Source of the DNA: Eledone cirrhosa
Lineage: Eukaryota
NCBI GenBank assembly: GCA_964016885.1
Contig: OZ024741.1
Span: forward strand, 129,332,001 to 129,396,000
Length of the DNA stretch: 64,000 bases
Reading direction: 5' to 3'
The notes under the pieces were generated by a model. That model was not told where the DNA came from. It did not search any database and saw nothing but the letters and a program-made list of their open reading frames with translations. Both the position numbers and the translations under genes were made by a program. This document shows, one piece after another, positions 55,101-62,715 of this stretch (within the stretch, counting starts at the first letter, position 1; every line of letters starts with the position of its first letter).

Positions 55101-55302
55101 CATCTGGAATGCCTTTGATCATAGAACTTCTCAATCATGATTGTCATGGGACTAAACAACAACAACAACAACTATATCTCTAACTGCTAACAATGCTTTC
55201 TTTCTCTCTTTCACTCTCTCTCTTTATTTTTCAGCTCCGCAAATCGAGCGACAACGACACAGACGGAAATACGATGGATTCCATAAGAATGTTGATCTTT
55301 AA
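474..55302 (+). CDS. AKAP9/PCNT: Spliced gene, 3' portion: pericentrin/AKAP9-like (Plp) coiled-coil centrosomal scaffold with PACT domain; 5' exons lie upstream of the window
   Basis: 18 exons joined by canonical GT-AG introns with consistent phases give one open frame of 3414 nt ending in TAA at 55300-55302. It encodes coiled-coil E/K/Q/L-rich peptides followed by the PACT signatures YRKYIRAESFRKALIYQKNYLLVLLGGFQDSE and KFRSAARVIIAISRMKYLVRK. Confidence 0.92.
1167..1389 (+). CDS. AKAP9/PCNT: Exon 2 (IKLLEYRLEQSRVIQDDLHSSIEMERKRTSEL...EHSRYLSL)
   Basis: Acceptor tctcatttcag, donor gtaagt, 223 nt, phase 1 to 2, coiled-coil peptide. Confidence 0.9.
1965..2365 (+). mobile_element. Decayed RTE-clade non-LTR retrotransposon fragment (C-terminal RT region)
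   Basis: Translates to KTRLYDVCVLGAVLHGSKTWTL...RNEVSMLLWMCNV, like the RTE LY...LHGSETW...MLRWM block. Contains stops and frameshifts. Ends approximate. Confidence 0.7.
2791..2826 (-). ncRNA. Minimal type I hammerhead ribozyme motif (Penelope/retrozyme type)
   Basis: Minus strand reads UCUU-CUGAUGA-AGUAC-UAGC-GUCC-GAAA-CGUA-AAGA. Intact core, 4-bp stem I, palindromic ACGU stem III, one mismatch in stem II. Confidence 0.65.
3150..3170 (+). CDS. AKAP9/PCNT: Candidate 21-nt alternative microexon (adds CLWEEML)
   Basis: Acceptor tacctctatttctctgcag and donor gtaagt flank 21 nt. Phase 2 to 2, in frame with exons 2 and 3, no stop. Confidence 0.55.
4180..4330 (-). mobile_element. SINE (GAT-repeat tail; aggaagggcatccagccgtagaaacc body motif)
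   Basis: The same motif recurs at ~13150, 13440, 19485, 48990, 49520, 49840, 51030 and 60165. Confidence 0.7.
4326..6995. repeat. 49-bp minisatellite, ~54 near-identical copies (cagtgtggactgggtgctttctatcatgtcaccaccacaaccacattta), with a degenerate continuation to ~7500
   Basis: Read directly from the sequence. It runs contiguously out of the SINE at 4180-4330. Confidence 0.97.
7971..8071. mobile_element. ~100-bp mariner-type MITE
   Basis: ~32-bp TIRs (ttaggctgagtgataattcatgagcgtttttt / aaaaaacgctcaagaattattactcaacctaa, 3 mismatches) flanked by TA on both sides. Confidence 0.8.
8520..8700 (+). mobile_element. tRNA-head SINE (ctgagttcaaa...ctttgcctttcatcc...gggtcgataaaa family)
   Basis: B-box-like gagttcaaa and a conserved body. 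Other copies at ~15130-15310(-), 15945-16105(-), 53063-53460, 57880-58095 and 60990-61125(-). Confidence 0.75.
8749..8890 (+). CDS. AKAP9/PCNT: Exon 3 (MAALEEEKVRTTELIEQLEGEKENVRHLEDDL...DLEYQ)
   Basis: Acceptor ttgtcag, donor gtgagt, 142 nt, phase 2 to 0. Confidence 0.88.
9097..9310. mobile_element. piggyBac-type MITE
   Basis: 14-bp TIR ccctttagcattta...taaatgctaaaggg, with TTAA on the right flank and TTAC on the left. Confidence 0.7.
9431..9642 (+). CDS. AKAP9/PCNT: Exon 4 (HLYLALENEKEKLNESS...QSLNEQLT)
   Basis: Acceptor ccatgcag, donor gtaagg, 212 nt, phase 0 to 2. Confidence 0.88.
10495..10770 (-). mobile_element. tRNA-derived CORE-like SINE
   Basis: Minus strand has ggcctagtgg (A-box), ggtttgaatcc (B-box) and tgtgttcttgagcaa (CORE-like). 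Related copies at ~16800-16940, 19170-19270 and 58300-58470. Confidence 0.65.
10866..11160 (+). CDS. AKAP9/PCNT: Exon 5 (SNLTKERNLNVQLKQSL...VKSDIFE)
   Basis: Acceptor tttctgtag, donor gtatgt, 295 nt, phase 2 to 0. Confidence 0.88.
11386..11595 (+). CDS. AKAP9/PCNT: Exon 6 (NQQTDLQRQLDYEKERTIRLQAEK...ESQKIAM)
   Basis: Acceptor catgtag, donor gtaagt, 210 nt, phase 0 to 0. Confidence 0.88.
11618..11646 (-). mobile_element. Helitron-like 3' terminus
   Basis: Minus strand: hairpin tgaccc-aac-gggtca, 8 nt, then CTAG followed by T. Confidence 0.5.
11750..12585 (-). pseudogene. 5'-truncated, frameshifted Tc1/mariner-superfamily DD37D (maT) transposase
   Basis: WFFSDEKNF, QQDSAPCH and WPPSLPDCNPLD, with 37 residues between the 2nd and 3rd catalytic D. 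Frameshift near 12485. TA followed by CAGGGTG terminus at 11748-11756. Confidence 0.9.
12822..12995 (+). CDS. AKAP9/PCNT: Exon 7 (HQNEVEVDRLQEKVQDLETDLQNSRLRERQL...IRPDMM)
   Basis: Acceptor cttgcag, donor gtcagt, 174 nt, phase 0 to 0. Confidence 0.87.
13640..13890. repeat. Degenerate ~57-60-bp tandem repeat containing copies of the exon 8 acceptor
   Basis: cttttacag followed by ac... with AG ending at 13666, 13757 and 13814. The real acceptor ttatag ends at 13874. Confidence 0.7.
13875..14026 (+). CDS. AKAP9/PCNT: Exon 8 (ASTTNTATIIKLDAKEKEKLLSAFKSQLENIRQCL...NKIT)
   Basis: Acceptor cttctcttatag, donor gtaaaa, 152 nt, phase 0 to 2. Confidence 0.8.
14165..14640 (-). mobile_element. 3' fragment of an RTE (BovB-like) LINE
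   Basis: Minus strand gives IPNIFTLFQQRCLHWFG...RRIPNDLWYGELATGIR...KDMKSIDLD and a terminal Zn-finger-like FNCSH...DCHSRVGLYSHSRPC. Confidence 0.8.
15420..15615. repeat. 42-bp tandem repeat, ~5 copies
   Basis: tataaagttatga at 15433, 15475, 15517, 15559 and 15601. Confidence 0.9.
15640..15778 (+). CDS. AKAP9/PCNT: Exon 9 (SYLKVHQTSQAPPDRDSLNIL...SLTLETQ)
   Basis: Acceptor tatgtgcag, donor gtaatt, 139 nt, phase 2 to 0. Confidence 0.83.
16231..16407 (+). CDS. AKAP9/PCNT: Exon 10 (EGPGYPHLAAMINQRTLQHNRELLCSIFKLSEEKLVLKEQL...YIQQ)
   Basis: Acceptor gttacaacag, donor gtaagt, 177 nt, phase 0 to 0. Resembles the LxxNxEL...LxEEKxxL block that precedes PACT in AKAP9/PCNT. Confidence 0.88.
16555..16800. 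repeat. ~37-40-bp degenerate tandem repeat, ~6 copies
   Basis: Recurring ttcttggatcattatttgttcccctagttaaccctatg. Confidence 0.8.
16962..18816. repeat. 19-bp minisatellite (ccagttaacctcacaacac), ~97 copies
   Basis: Read directly from the sequence. Variants tta(a/g)c, ca(a/t)c and cc(a/c)g. Confidence 0.97.
18851..19105 (+). CDS. AKAP9/PCNT: Exon 11 (TQNADG...ERIRWNQERATYELALQNCEKKI...LEPDL)
   Basis: Acceptor ctttttaaag, donor gtattt, 255 nt, phase 0 to 0. Contains the ExxxWxxE motif seen before PACT. Confidence 0.83.
20190..20660. repeat. 22-23-bp minisatellite (catcatccagtatgttagcccc), ~20 copies
   Basis: Read directly from the sequence. Confidence 0.92.
20710..20969 (+). CDS. AKAP9/PCNT: Exon 12, PACT domain core
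   Basis: Acceptor tgttttcag, donor gtgagt, 260 nt, phase 0 to 2. Encodes VQSLYRKYIRAESFRKALIYQKNYLLVLLGGFQDSEQTVLSLLARM...KFRSAARVIIAIS. Confidence 0.95.
22040..22232. repeat. 57-bp tandem repeat, ~4 copies
   Basis: tggaaaaatttactt at 22044, 22101, 22158 and 22202. Confidence 0.88.
22293..22393 (+). CDS. AKAP9/PCNT: Exon 13, end of PACT (RMKYLVRKLQQV...GKTKQT)
   Basis: Acceptor gtgctccag, donor gtaagt, 101 nt, phase 2 to 1. Continues the ISRMKxLVRx motif. Confidence 0.9.
22860..48240. repeat. Giant intronic satellite, 24-28-bp unit caatatctcaccatcttt(ct)n(ca), roughly 1000 copies
   Basis: Read directly from the sequence. Almost no G on the + strand. True length is uncertain because of the gap. 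Confidence 0.98.
36826..37025. other. Assembly gap (200 N) followed by ~0.9 kb of error-rich satellite sequence
   Basis: N run. Units decay at 37026-37900 and then recover. Confidence 0.97.
48269..48758 (+). CDS. AKAP9/PCNT: Exon 14, Ser/Thr-rich low-complexity tail (SHTVPCTSFPS...DHMAQ)
   Basis: Acceptor cactacag, donor gtgagt, 490 nt, phase 1 to 2 matching exon 13, open frame. Confidence 0.8.
49035..49317. repeat. Near-perfect inverted repeat, ~135-bp arms and 16-nt loop
   Basis: 49035-49169 is the reverse complement of 49186-49317, with a few mismatches and one aac indel. Confidence 0.93.
50237..50299 (+). CDS. AKAP9/PCNT: Candidate small symmetric exon 15 (QSDVCDSFTWSLFSEKSRRIL)
   Basis: T-rich tract and acceptor aatcag, donor gtaaat, 63 nt, phase 2 to 2, open frame. 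Confidence 0.5.
51775..51822 (+). CDS. AKAP9/PCNT: Candidate small symmetric exon 16 (QPVNSPRQTNVFSCENG)
   Basis: Acceptor ttatacag, weak donor gtatag, 48 nt, phase 2 to 2. Confidence 0.45.
52281..52350 (+). pseudogene. tRNA-derived remnant (isolated SINE head or tRNA pseudogene)
   Basis: A-box tggtaaatgg, ctca/tgag stem, B-box gttcgattc. No intact acceptor or T stems. Confidence 0.4.
52757..52965 (+). CDS. AKAP9/PCNT: Exon 17 (NLSFSSMPNNNHQHHQPM...FEQVQNNVDQMRH)
   Basis: Pyrimidine tract and acceptor gaacag, donor gtgagt, 209 nt, phase 2 to 1. Confidence 0.72.
53063..53460 (+). mobile_element. Two head-to-tail copies of the tRNA-head SINE
   Basis: ttggcagtatcgg(t/c)agaggg...ctgagttcaaatcc...ccttacggggtcgataaaataaagta is repeated ~205 bp apart. 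Confidence 0.8.
53664..54960. repeat. 48-bp minisatellite (tttacaaagtgggatgggtgaattttatcatggcaccagcactaccat), ~27 copies
   Basis: Read directly from the sequence. Homologous to the 49-bp unit. Confidence 0.97.
55235..55302 (+). CDS. AKAP9/PCNT: Terminal coding exon (SPQIERQRHRRKYDGFHKNVDL*)
   Basis: Strong acceptor tctttatttttcag, phase 1 matches exon 17, stop TAA at 55300-55302. Confidence 0.68.
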
Positions 55303-55965
55303 CCCTTATATGATTTTTAAATTTCATTTTTTGTATAAAACAGATGGCACGAGCAAATTTTATCTGTGTGTGTGCGTGTGTATATATATGTAAATATATA
55401 AATGTGTGTCAGTGCATGCACACCACTTGTGTGTGTGTGTGTATGTGTGTATGTTAGTGTATGTGTATACATGTGTGTGTCTTTTACACTTAGAAAAAAA
55501 TAAGACTGGTGATGAGGAGGAGAAGACAGAGGGACATAGATTGATATGCAACATGCATTTCCTAACAAGGTGTAACATCCCTTCTCTTCTGTTTATCACT
55601 CTTTCTTGCACCTCTCTCTATCATTCTCTCTTCCATCTCGCCCTTGTCCATCTATTACTCTCTCTTCCAACTACTCCCCCCCCCCCTCTCACCCCTGTAT
55701 CACAGAGTGCTGGAGTGGTTTTTGTTGTTGTTTTTCTTTTTCGATTATTCCAAAGGCAGGTAAAGGAATATTTATGCACCATACGGAATCCACTGCATAC
55801 AACACACACACACACACACACACATTCAAATGGACATACAACTCACATACACACACAACGCTTCACACACCGATACAAATGCTAGCATTCGATATATATG
55901 CATATATGTATGTGTATTGATGTGCATATGTATCTGTGTGTATGCATATATATATATAAATATAT

Positions 55966-56207
55966 ATACAAGTTAATATAAATTAATATATTTGATAAAC
56001 ACAAATACCAACATATTCATGTTTGTATTGTAAACGACTAAGTTAGCTAGATTGAAAAATAACTTAGTCGTTTACAATACAAACATGAATATGTTGGTAT
56101 TTGTGTTTATCAAATATATTAATTTATGTTAACTTGTATTACACGGCTCAGAAATACTTCTTTCTTTGAGCTATTTCTTTGTAAAGGACTACCTGAGTTT
56201 GAACTCA
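55966..56207. mobile_element. Short fold-back element: 80-bp arms, 14-nt loop and ~68-nt structured tail
   Basis: 55966-56045 pairs with 56060-56139 (1 mismatch). Same family as 62709-63778. Confidence 0.85.
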
Positions 56208-56259
56208 TTATTAATAGTATAAATATATATATGCATATGTATATTTATATCCATATATA

Positions 56260-56293
<34 letters not shown>

Positions 56294-56687
56294 CACACAC
56301 ATGTAGCTGTATATATAAGAAATGGCTGCATAGTCATAAAGGAAATAAACATGTATTAACTATTAACTAGGATTTTCAGCTACCAGTGACCTCTGTTTAG
56401 CTTTGACCTTTCATCTAAGGGATGTCATATGAGATCTTCCCAAATATTTGCTAGCTATACATTGTCTTCCCCCTCTTCTTTTTAGGTCATTCGATATCTG
56501 TTGCATATTTCACTGTGATATTAGCAATCATCAGATCAGCTTAGGTGCTGACTTGATAGGTTCATTATGGCATTCGTGGTTAATTACAGCATAAAAACAA
56601 CACATGAACATTAGTACATAAAATCATTCACCAAACCTTCTACTATGACACATACATACACACACACACACACATATATATTTGTCT

Positions 56688-56730
<43 letters not shown>

Positions 56731-57311
56731 CGTGTGTGTACATATATATATATATATACTTGGTTTAAATGAGATATACATATAAGTATGTTTATAGGTA
56801 TATATGTGTCTGTATATAAATATATATATATTATGAGATCTCAGGTTTGATCCTGTTGTGTGATATTTTGGGGAGTTATGTTTTTCCATAACCTCAGGTC
56901 AACCTAGGTCATGAGTGATAAAATATACCTCTAATGCATAAGACCAGCCCTTGTGAAACACACTTTGCCCCCATGGTTTTCTTTGAGAAATACATTAAGG
57001 GTACACAAGCCTGTGTAATACATAGCCACCCTCATGCTAATTCATTTAGTAAATTGTTTCACTGATTGTAAAATCAGAACACTGATCATCAAAATCTGAT
57101 GAAGGTCCACTTATTAATATGTATATATATTTGTATATATATATATATATTTATAACATATAAATATACATATATATTTATACAGATATGTATGTATGTG
57201 TGTGTGCGTGTATATATATATATATATATATATATGTTTGTATATATATACATCTATACATATACATAATGTACATCATCATCATTTAACATCAATTTTA
57301 TCTGCTATGTA

Positions 57312-57370
<59 letters not shown>

Positions 57371-60300
57371 CAACATACCTCCTTTTTTGTTTATATTTTG
57401 GATGTTTCCCTTACTTTCCTGTGTTTATTTTTTGTCTTCCTTTCTCTACCATCCGATGAAGGGTACAACCTGAAACATTGCACATTATCTTTCTTTCACA
57501 TCTCCTCTATATTAAAATAATATTCTATATTCTCACCATCTTAGTCTTATTTTTGTTTCCCCTTTTTTGTGGCACTTCATTCTCACATGACCCTATTTTC
57601 TACTACAACTACTTCTAATCTTGCCTCCCCTCTCTCTCTGTAATTTACATCTTCTCGATGAAGGACTAACATCCAATACATTGAAATATTCTTTTACTTC
57701 TGCTATAAAGCTTGAAACCCATACGACTTTGTAGCATTGTTTTTTGTGTGTGTTTTACTTTTAACTTATATATAATGTGTATATAATCATGCATGTGCGT
57801 AAGCATAATTAAATGCAGACCGAGTAATGTGGATGTATATTCAGTGTACATTAGGGTGTCTGTTTTCTTGTATGAATGAGCTTGTGGCATTGGCAGTATC
57901 AGTAGGGTGTTGAACAGCATGCTTTGCTGCATAGAGTTATAGTCCTTTGCATTCTCAGTTGAAATCCTGCCAAGGTTAGCTTTTTCTTTCATCCTTATGG
58001 GGTCGATAAAATAAAGTACAAGTAATGCACTGGGGTCGATTTAATCAGTTTTCCCTTATCCCAACATTGTTGGCCTTGGCCTAAATCAGACACTGTTATA
58101 AGAGAGTGTGTGTGTGTGTGCATATAACCAAGCAAGCATGGAAAATAGATGATAGATGTTAACGTGTGGTGGTGATAATAATGGGATTTACACCTGAAAA
58201 GTTGTTCCATGAAAACACAAGCCCAGGCAAAGTGTTTTTATGGAAGACAAGCAGTCACCCTTGCATACTAGTCTACACCCCCCAATTTTGTCCAAGGGAA
58301 AAGTAAAGACCGATGCAGCTTGCCACCAGTGATGTTGCAACTTAGTTTTATAGCCAAGTGAACTGGGGCAATGTGAAATATGTCATGCTCATGGACACAA
58401 CACACCTCCAGGACTAGGAATCAAACTCACAACCTCACGATTGTGAACACAACTCTCTACTCACTAAGCCACACACACATATATACACAGTGAAGGATCT
58501 GTTTCAGTTTGCCTGTCATCCCTCATATCGTCTCCTCCTCCTCCACCTTTCTCTCTCTCCAGTTCTGCTATATTGCCTTGTTAGTAATTTCTTTAAATAA
58601 CTGTCCTGCTCAGTGATGGGAGTCATTTAGGACAAAACCTATCTCTACATACATGTGTGTGTGTGTATATATATATATATGTATATATATGTGTGTGTGT
58701 GTATGTATATAATTATGTGTATGTTTGTATATCTATATGTATATCAATTGATATATCTATGAATGTTTCTATAGGTCTGTGTGTGTATATATAAATATAT
58801 GCAGATCCATGCATACTTGTATGTATATATATATATATATATATGTACAATTTTTAAATAGGTAGTTGTATGCGTTTATATGTATGTATATATGTATGCA
58901 TGTATGTATGTATGTATGTATTGACAGGTTTTCAATACAATTTGCCTTATTAATGTACGCTCCTTGAGAAATAAATGGTTTATATATATATATATATAAG
59001 GTATCGAATATTTTTACATACTTTTTAAAAGAGTAAAAATATCTACAAGCTCACACACATGCACTCATGCACATTTGCATACACATGTATATACACACAA
59101 ACTAACACAAATATTTGTGCATAAATGTATGTATAATAAATAATAAATTGGTTACAAACGGATAAAAGATTACACATATGAAGATAGAGCAATGTGTGAG
59201 GTGTGTATGTAAAGATATATATATGTATGTGTTTGTGTGTGTGTATATATGTGTGTTTGTGTGTGTGTATATATGTGTGTGTGTGTATGTATATACATAT
59301 TTATGTGTGTATGCATGTATATGTGTTTGCTTTATTGTAAACCTTTTTAAAAAAGGGTGAAAACGAAATGAAATCAAAGACTTTGAACAAACTTAGTGAA
59401 AAATAAATGAAAATGTTAATAAAATACCACAATATTCCAAATTGTTTTTCTGTGTTTCTTTCATTTTCTCTCTTTTTTTTCTATCTGTCTGTCGGTCTGT
59501 CTATCTAGGTCTCCCTGTTTCTCCTTCCCTCTTATCTTTGTTTCTTTCTGTCTACATTCTTTATTTTAAACTGGCCTAATCTATAAATCTAGCCCACCAT
59601 TCTTATATTTGTAAGAAGTCAGCTAAGCTAACCAGTAATATCTGTGTTATTTAGAGATTTGACCAGTGGAGAATATTTGCAGTTCATCATCATAATCTAA
59701 TGTCCATTTAACCTTAACCCTGCTAGAATGAGTTGGTTGGGTCATCACAGACCAAATCACTACTTAATTGGAGATACTGACCTTTCAGATGAGATGGGGT
59801 GGGGTTGCATTTCACTCATACACATTTCTGTGCTAAATAAATTGTCATGTCTTTGACACAACTGAAGAGTCCACACAACCCTTTGTTAGGCAAGTTCTCT
59901 ATACCTGGATGCCTCTCCTATCACCAACCACTTTACAGAGTGCACTGACAATATTTAGTATTAGACACACATACAGACATATAGTTATATTCTCCAAGTA
60001 GCTTTCAACTCATCACCTTAATCACATCATCATCATCATCATATTCATCACTGTTTAATGTCCATTTTTCCACACTAGCATGAGTTAGATGAGTTGTCCC
60101 ATTGTAAGACATCAGATTAGGTGACCCCATCTTGCTCATACAGAACTGTTTCTAGCCTCATTTTTACAGCTGGATACCCTTTCTAATGCCAACCTCAATG
60201 TGGATTGGGTGCTTTTTATTGTGCCATAAACACACATACAATACTGTTTTATGCATATCAATACAGCTTTCCACAAAAACACACATACCTCAGCGCATAT

Positions 60301-61462
60301 ACCCGATGTGTGTGCAATTTGACTTCATCCCATTTTTGCTTTTGTTCTGCCTGTATCTGCCAAGGAATCGGGTCTTTTTTTTTTATCTCATTTTACCAGT
60401 GTTTTTAAGTATTAAAAACACTGGTAAAATGTTAAAAATGGGCATTACAAATACTTTTTAAACTCAGAGAATATCAAACACAGGGTCATGGTACCAGCTT
60501 CAAAGATTTGTGCAGTTCTAAAATTTCCTTGAAATAAATTCTGGGTGACATGTATTTTCATAAAAGATGAAAAGCCTTGAATTGAACTCTTAAGCCAAAT
60601 ACTCTAAACCCATCTGCTTTCAATCCAGTCCTATTGGAAGCCAATATAACTACTAAAGAGGTAGTTATATTGGTCTTACATTATATATGGATGGTAAACA
60701 GAAAAGAGCACCATTAAACTTTTATATTTATTGATTGAAAACGATTGTAGGGATTGAATCATCCATCACATTTGGTTGTACTTGGGTTAAGGACTCCTGT
60801 TCTCAGTGCATGCATATATACATACACTCATATCTCTATATATATTATTTATTGTATGGACCTGTAACTCCTGGTGGAGTTGTGACATACAGCGTTTCAT
60901 GGGCAGAGCTGAACCCTCCTCCAGGTCTGAACACAATCGATTTCTTCGAGGGAGAGAGTGATTGAAAGAAAATAAAGAGATATAGAGGAAGAATTGATCT
61001 CGGGTACTTTTGAAGAGAAACAAAAGAATGGAAGGCAAAGTTGACCTCGACAGGATTTGAACTTGGGGCACCCAGAGTCAGAACGATACCTTCTATCCGG
61101 CGTTTTAACAACTCAACCAATTTGCTTCTCTCTCTCTATAGTAATGGGTTTAAATCGAAGGTGTAGCTCCAGAATAGCAGATACCAGTCGAATTGTTTGA
61201 GACAGTCACAAAAGCACTCAATCGCGTGAAAAGTTAATACGTTTTCATCCAGAGTAAACACACAGTCTATATATATATAAATGAAAGTAGAGAAATTAAT
61301 GTGAGCAAGAAGCCAACAGTATTTCATAATATATAAGTGACTATAACGTCAAAATGGAAAATATTTGACGTAAGATATGGGAAAATAAATATATATATAT
61401 ATATGAGAGAGAGTTAATTCTACAACAATTACCAAACCAGACTTGAGGACACGTATTTCAGC

Positions 61463-61848
61463 TAAAAAAGGATTATTCAACTCGTGTATGGTTTATGAGC
61501 TGGATGGATTCTGCACAGATGTCAGTATTCGTTTCCGTGTCAAGGGAGATAACTTGAGCAGGACTGTTGTGGGGAGACAATGTTTGAAGAAAGTTCCCTT
61601 GTGGCAGTTCAGCCTTGGTTATCCTGAGTCCTTCTATTTATGCAATAAACATTTCGAAGCGTGGGGGCACCAATAAAATAAAAAAAAATCGGCTCTCGTT
61701 CTTGAAAAGTTGTCTTCCCGACAACAGTCCTACTTGAGTTACCTCCTTTGCCACGGAAACAAATACTGACACCAGCGCAGAATCCATCCAGCTCATAAAT
61801 ACTTCCGTTCGCGCTATGACCATACACAAGTTGAATTATCCTTTTTTA
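61463..61848. mobile_element. Older fold-back/MITE-like element with ~130-150-bp diverged inverted arms
   Basis: 61463-61591 matches the reverse complement of 61699-61848, with scattered substitutions and a ~19-nt indel. Confidence 0.75.
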
Positions 61849-61964
61849 TGTGAAACACTTGTTTGGTAATTGTTGAGCACTTAACTCTATATCGAATTCG
61901 CCCTTTCGACTGAGTGCTCTACCTACTTTCAATATAACATCCCGTTTATTCACTACTACTACTA

Positions 61965-62095
<131 letters not shown>

Positions 62096-62606
62096 TGTGT
62101 AGTAAAAAATCCGTGCACAATCCAAAATATGGCCATAATTGAACCTTGAAACTTTAGGTATCGCATTTTGTTCTGTGTATGAACATAAATAAGTAATCAC
62201 AAACACACATGTAGCGAAATCTTTCCACACCTTGACCCCTGAGTGACATTTAACGGTTATTTTCTGGGTTACCTCCTTTTTTTGCGTAAATAAGTTTGTG
62301 CAGGGACGATCTCTCGAGGTCACCCTGGTGGTTCTCAAGGCAAGGGACAAGAAGTAACAGATATAAATAGCCTGTCTTAGACCAAGCAAGAAGCAGTTCC
62401 TGATAGGGTAACGATGTAAAACATCTACTGACTCTTACTTTCTCTCTCTTTCTTTCACTCAATCTCTATCTCTTGGTCCTCTCTTAACCAGCCTCTGATC
62501 ACACTGTATCACACAACAGTGACTACACGACACAGCAAGCTACAAGTGAGCACGCACTCAACAAACGAATCAACACCACAACACCATCCCGACCAACAAA
62601 CAATTG

Positions 62607-62645
<39 letters not shown>

Positions 62646-62646
62646 A

Positions 62647-62708
<62 letters not shown>

Positions 62709-62715
<7 letters not shown>

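Noticed and set aside
55706-55759. Possible extra exon (cacag|agtgc...aggcag|gtaaag)
   Set aside because: It lies downstream of the predicted stop with T-rich non-coding composition, and no partner exon was found. It cannot be supported without RNA data.
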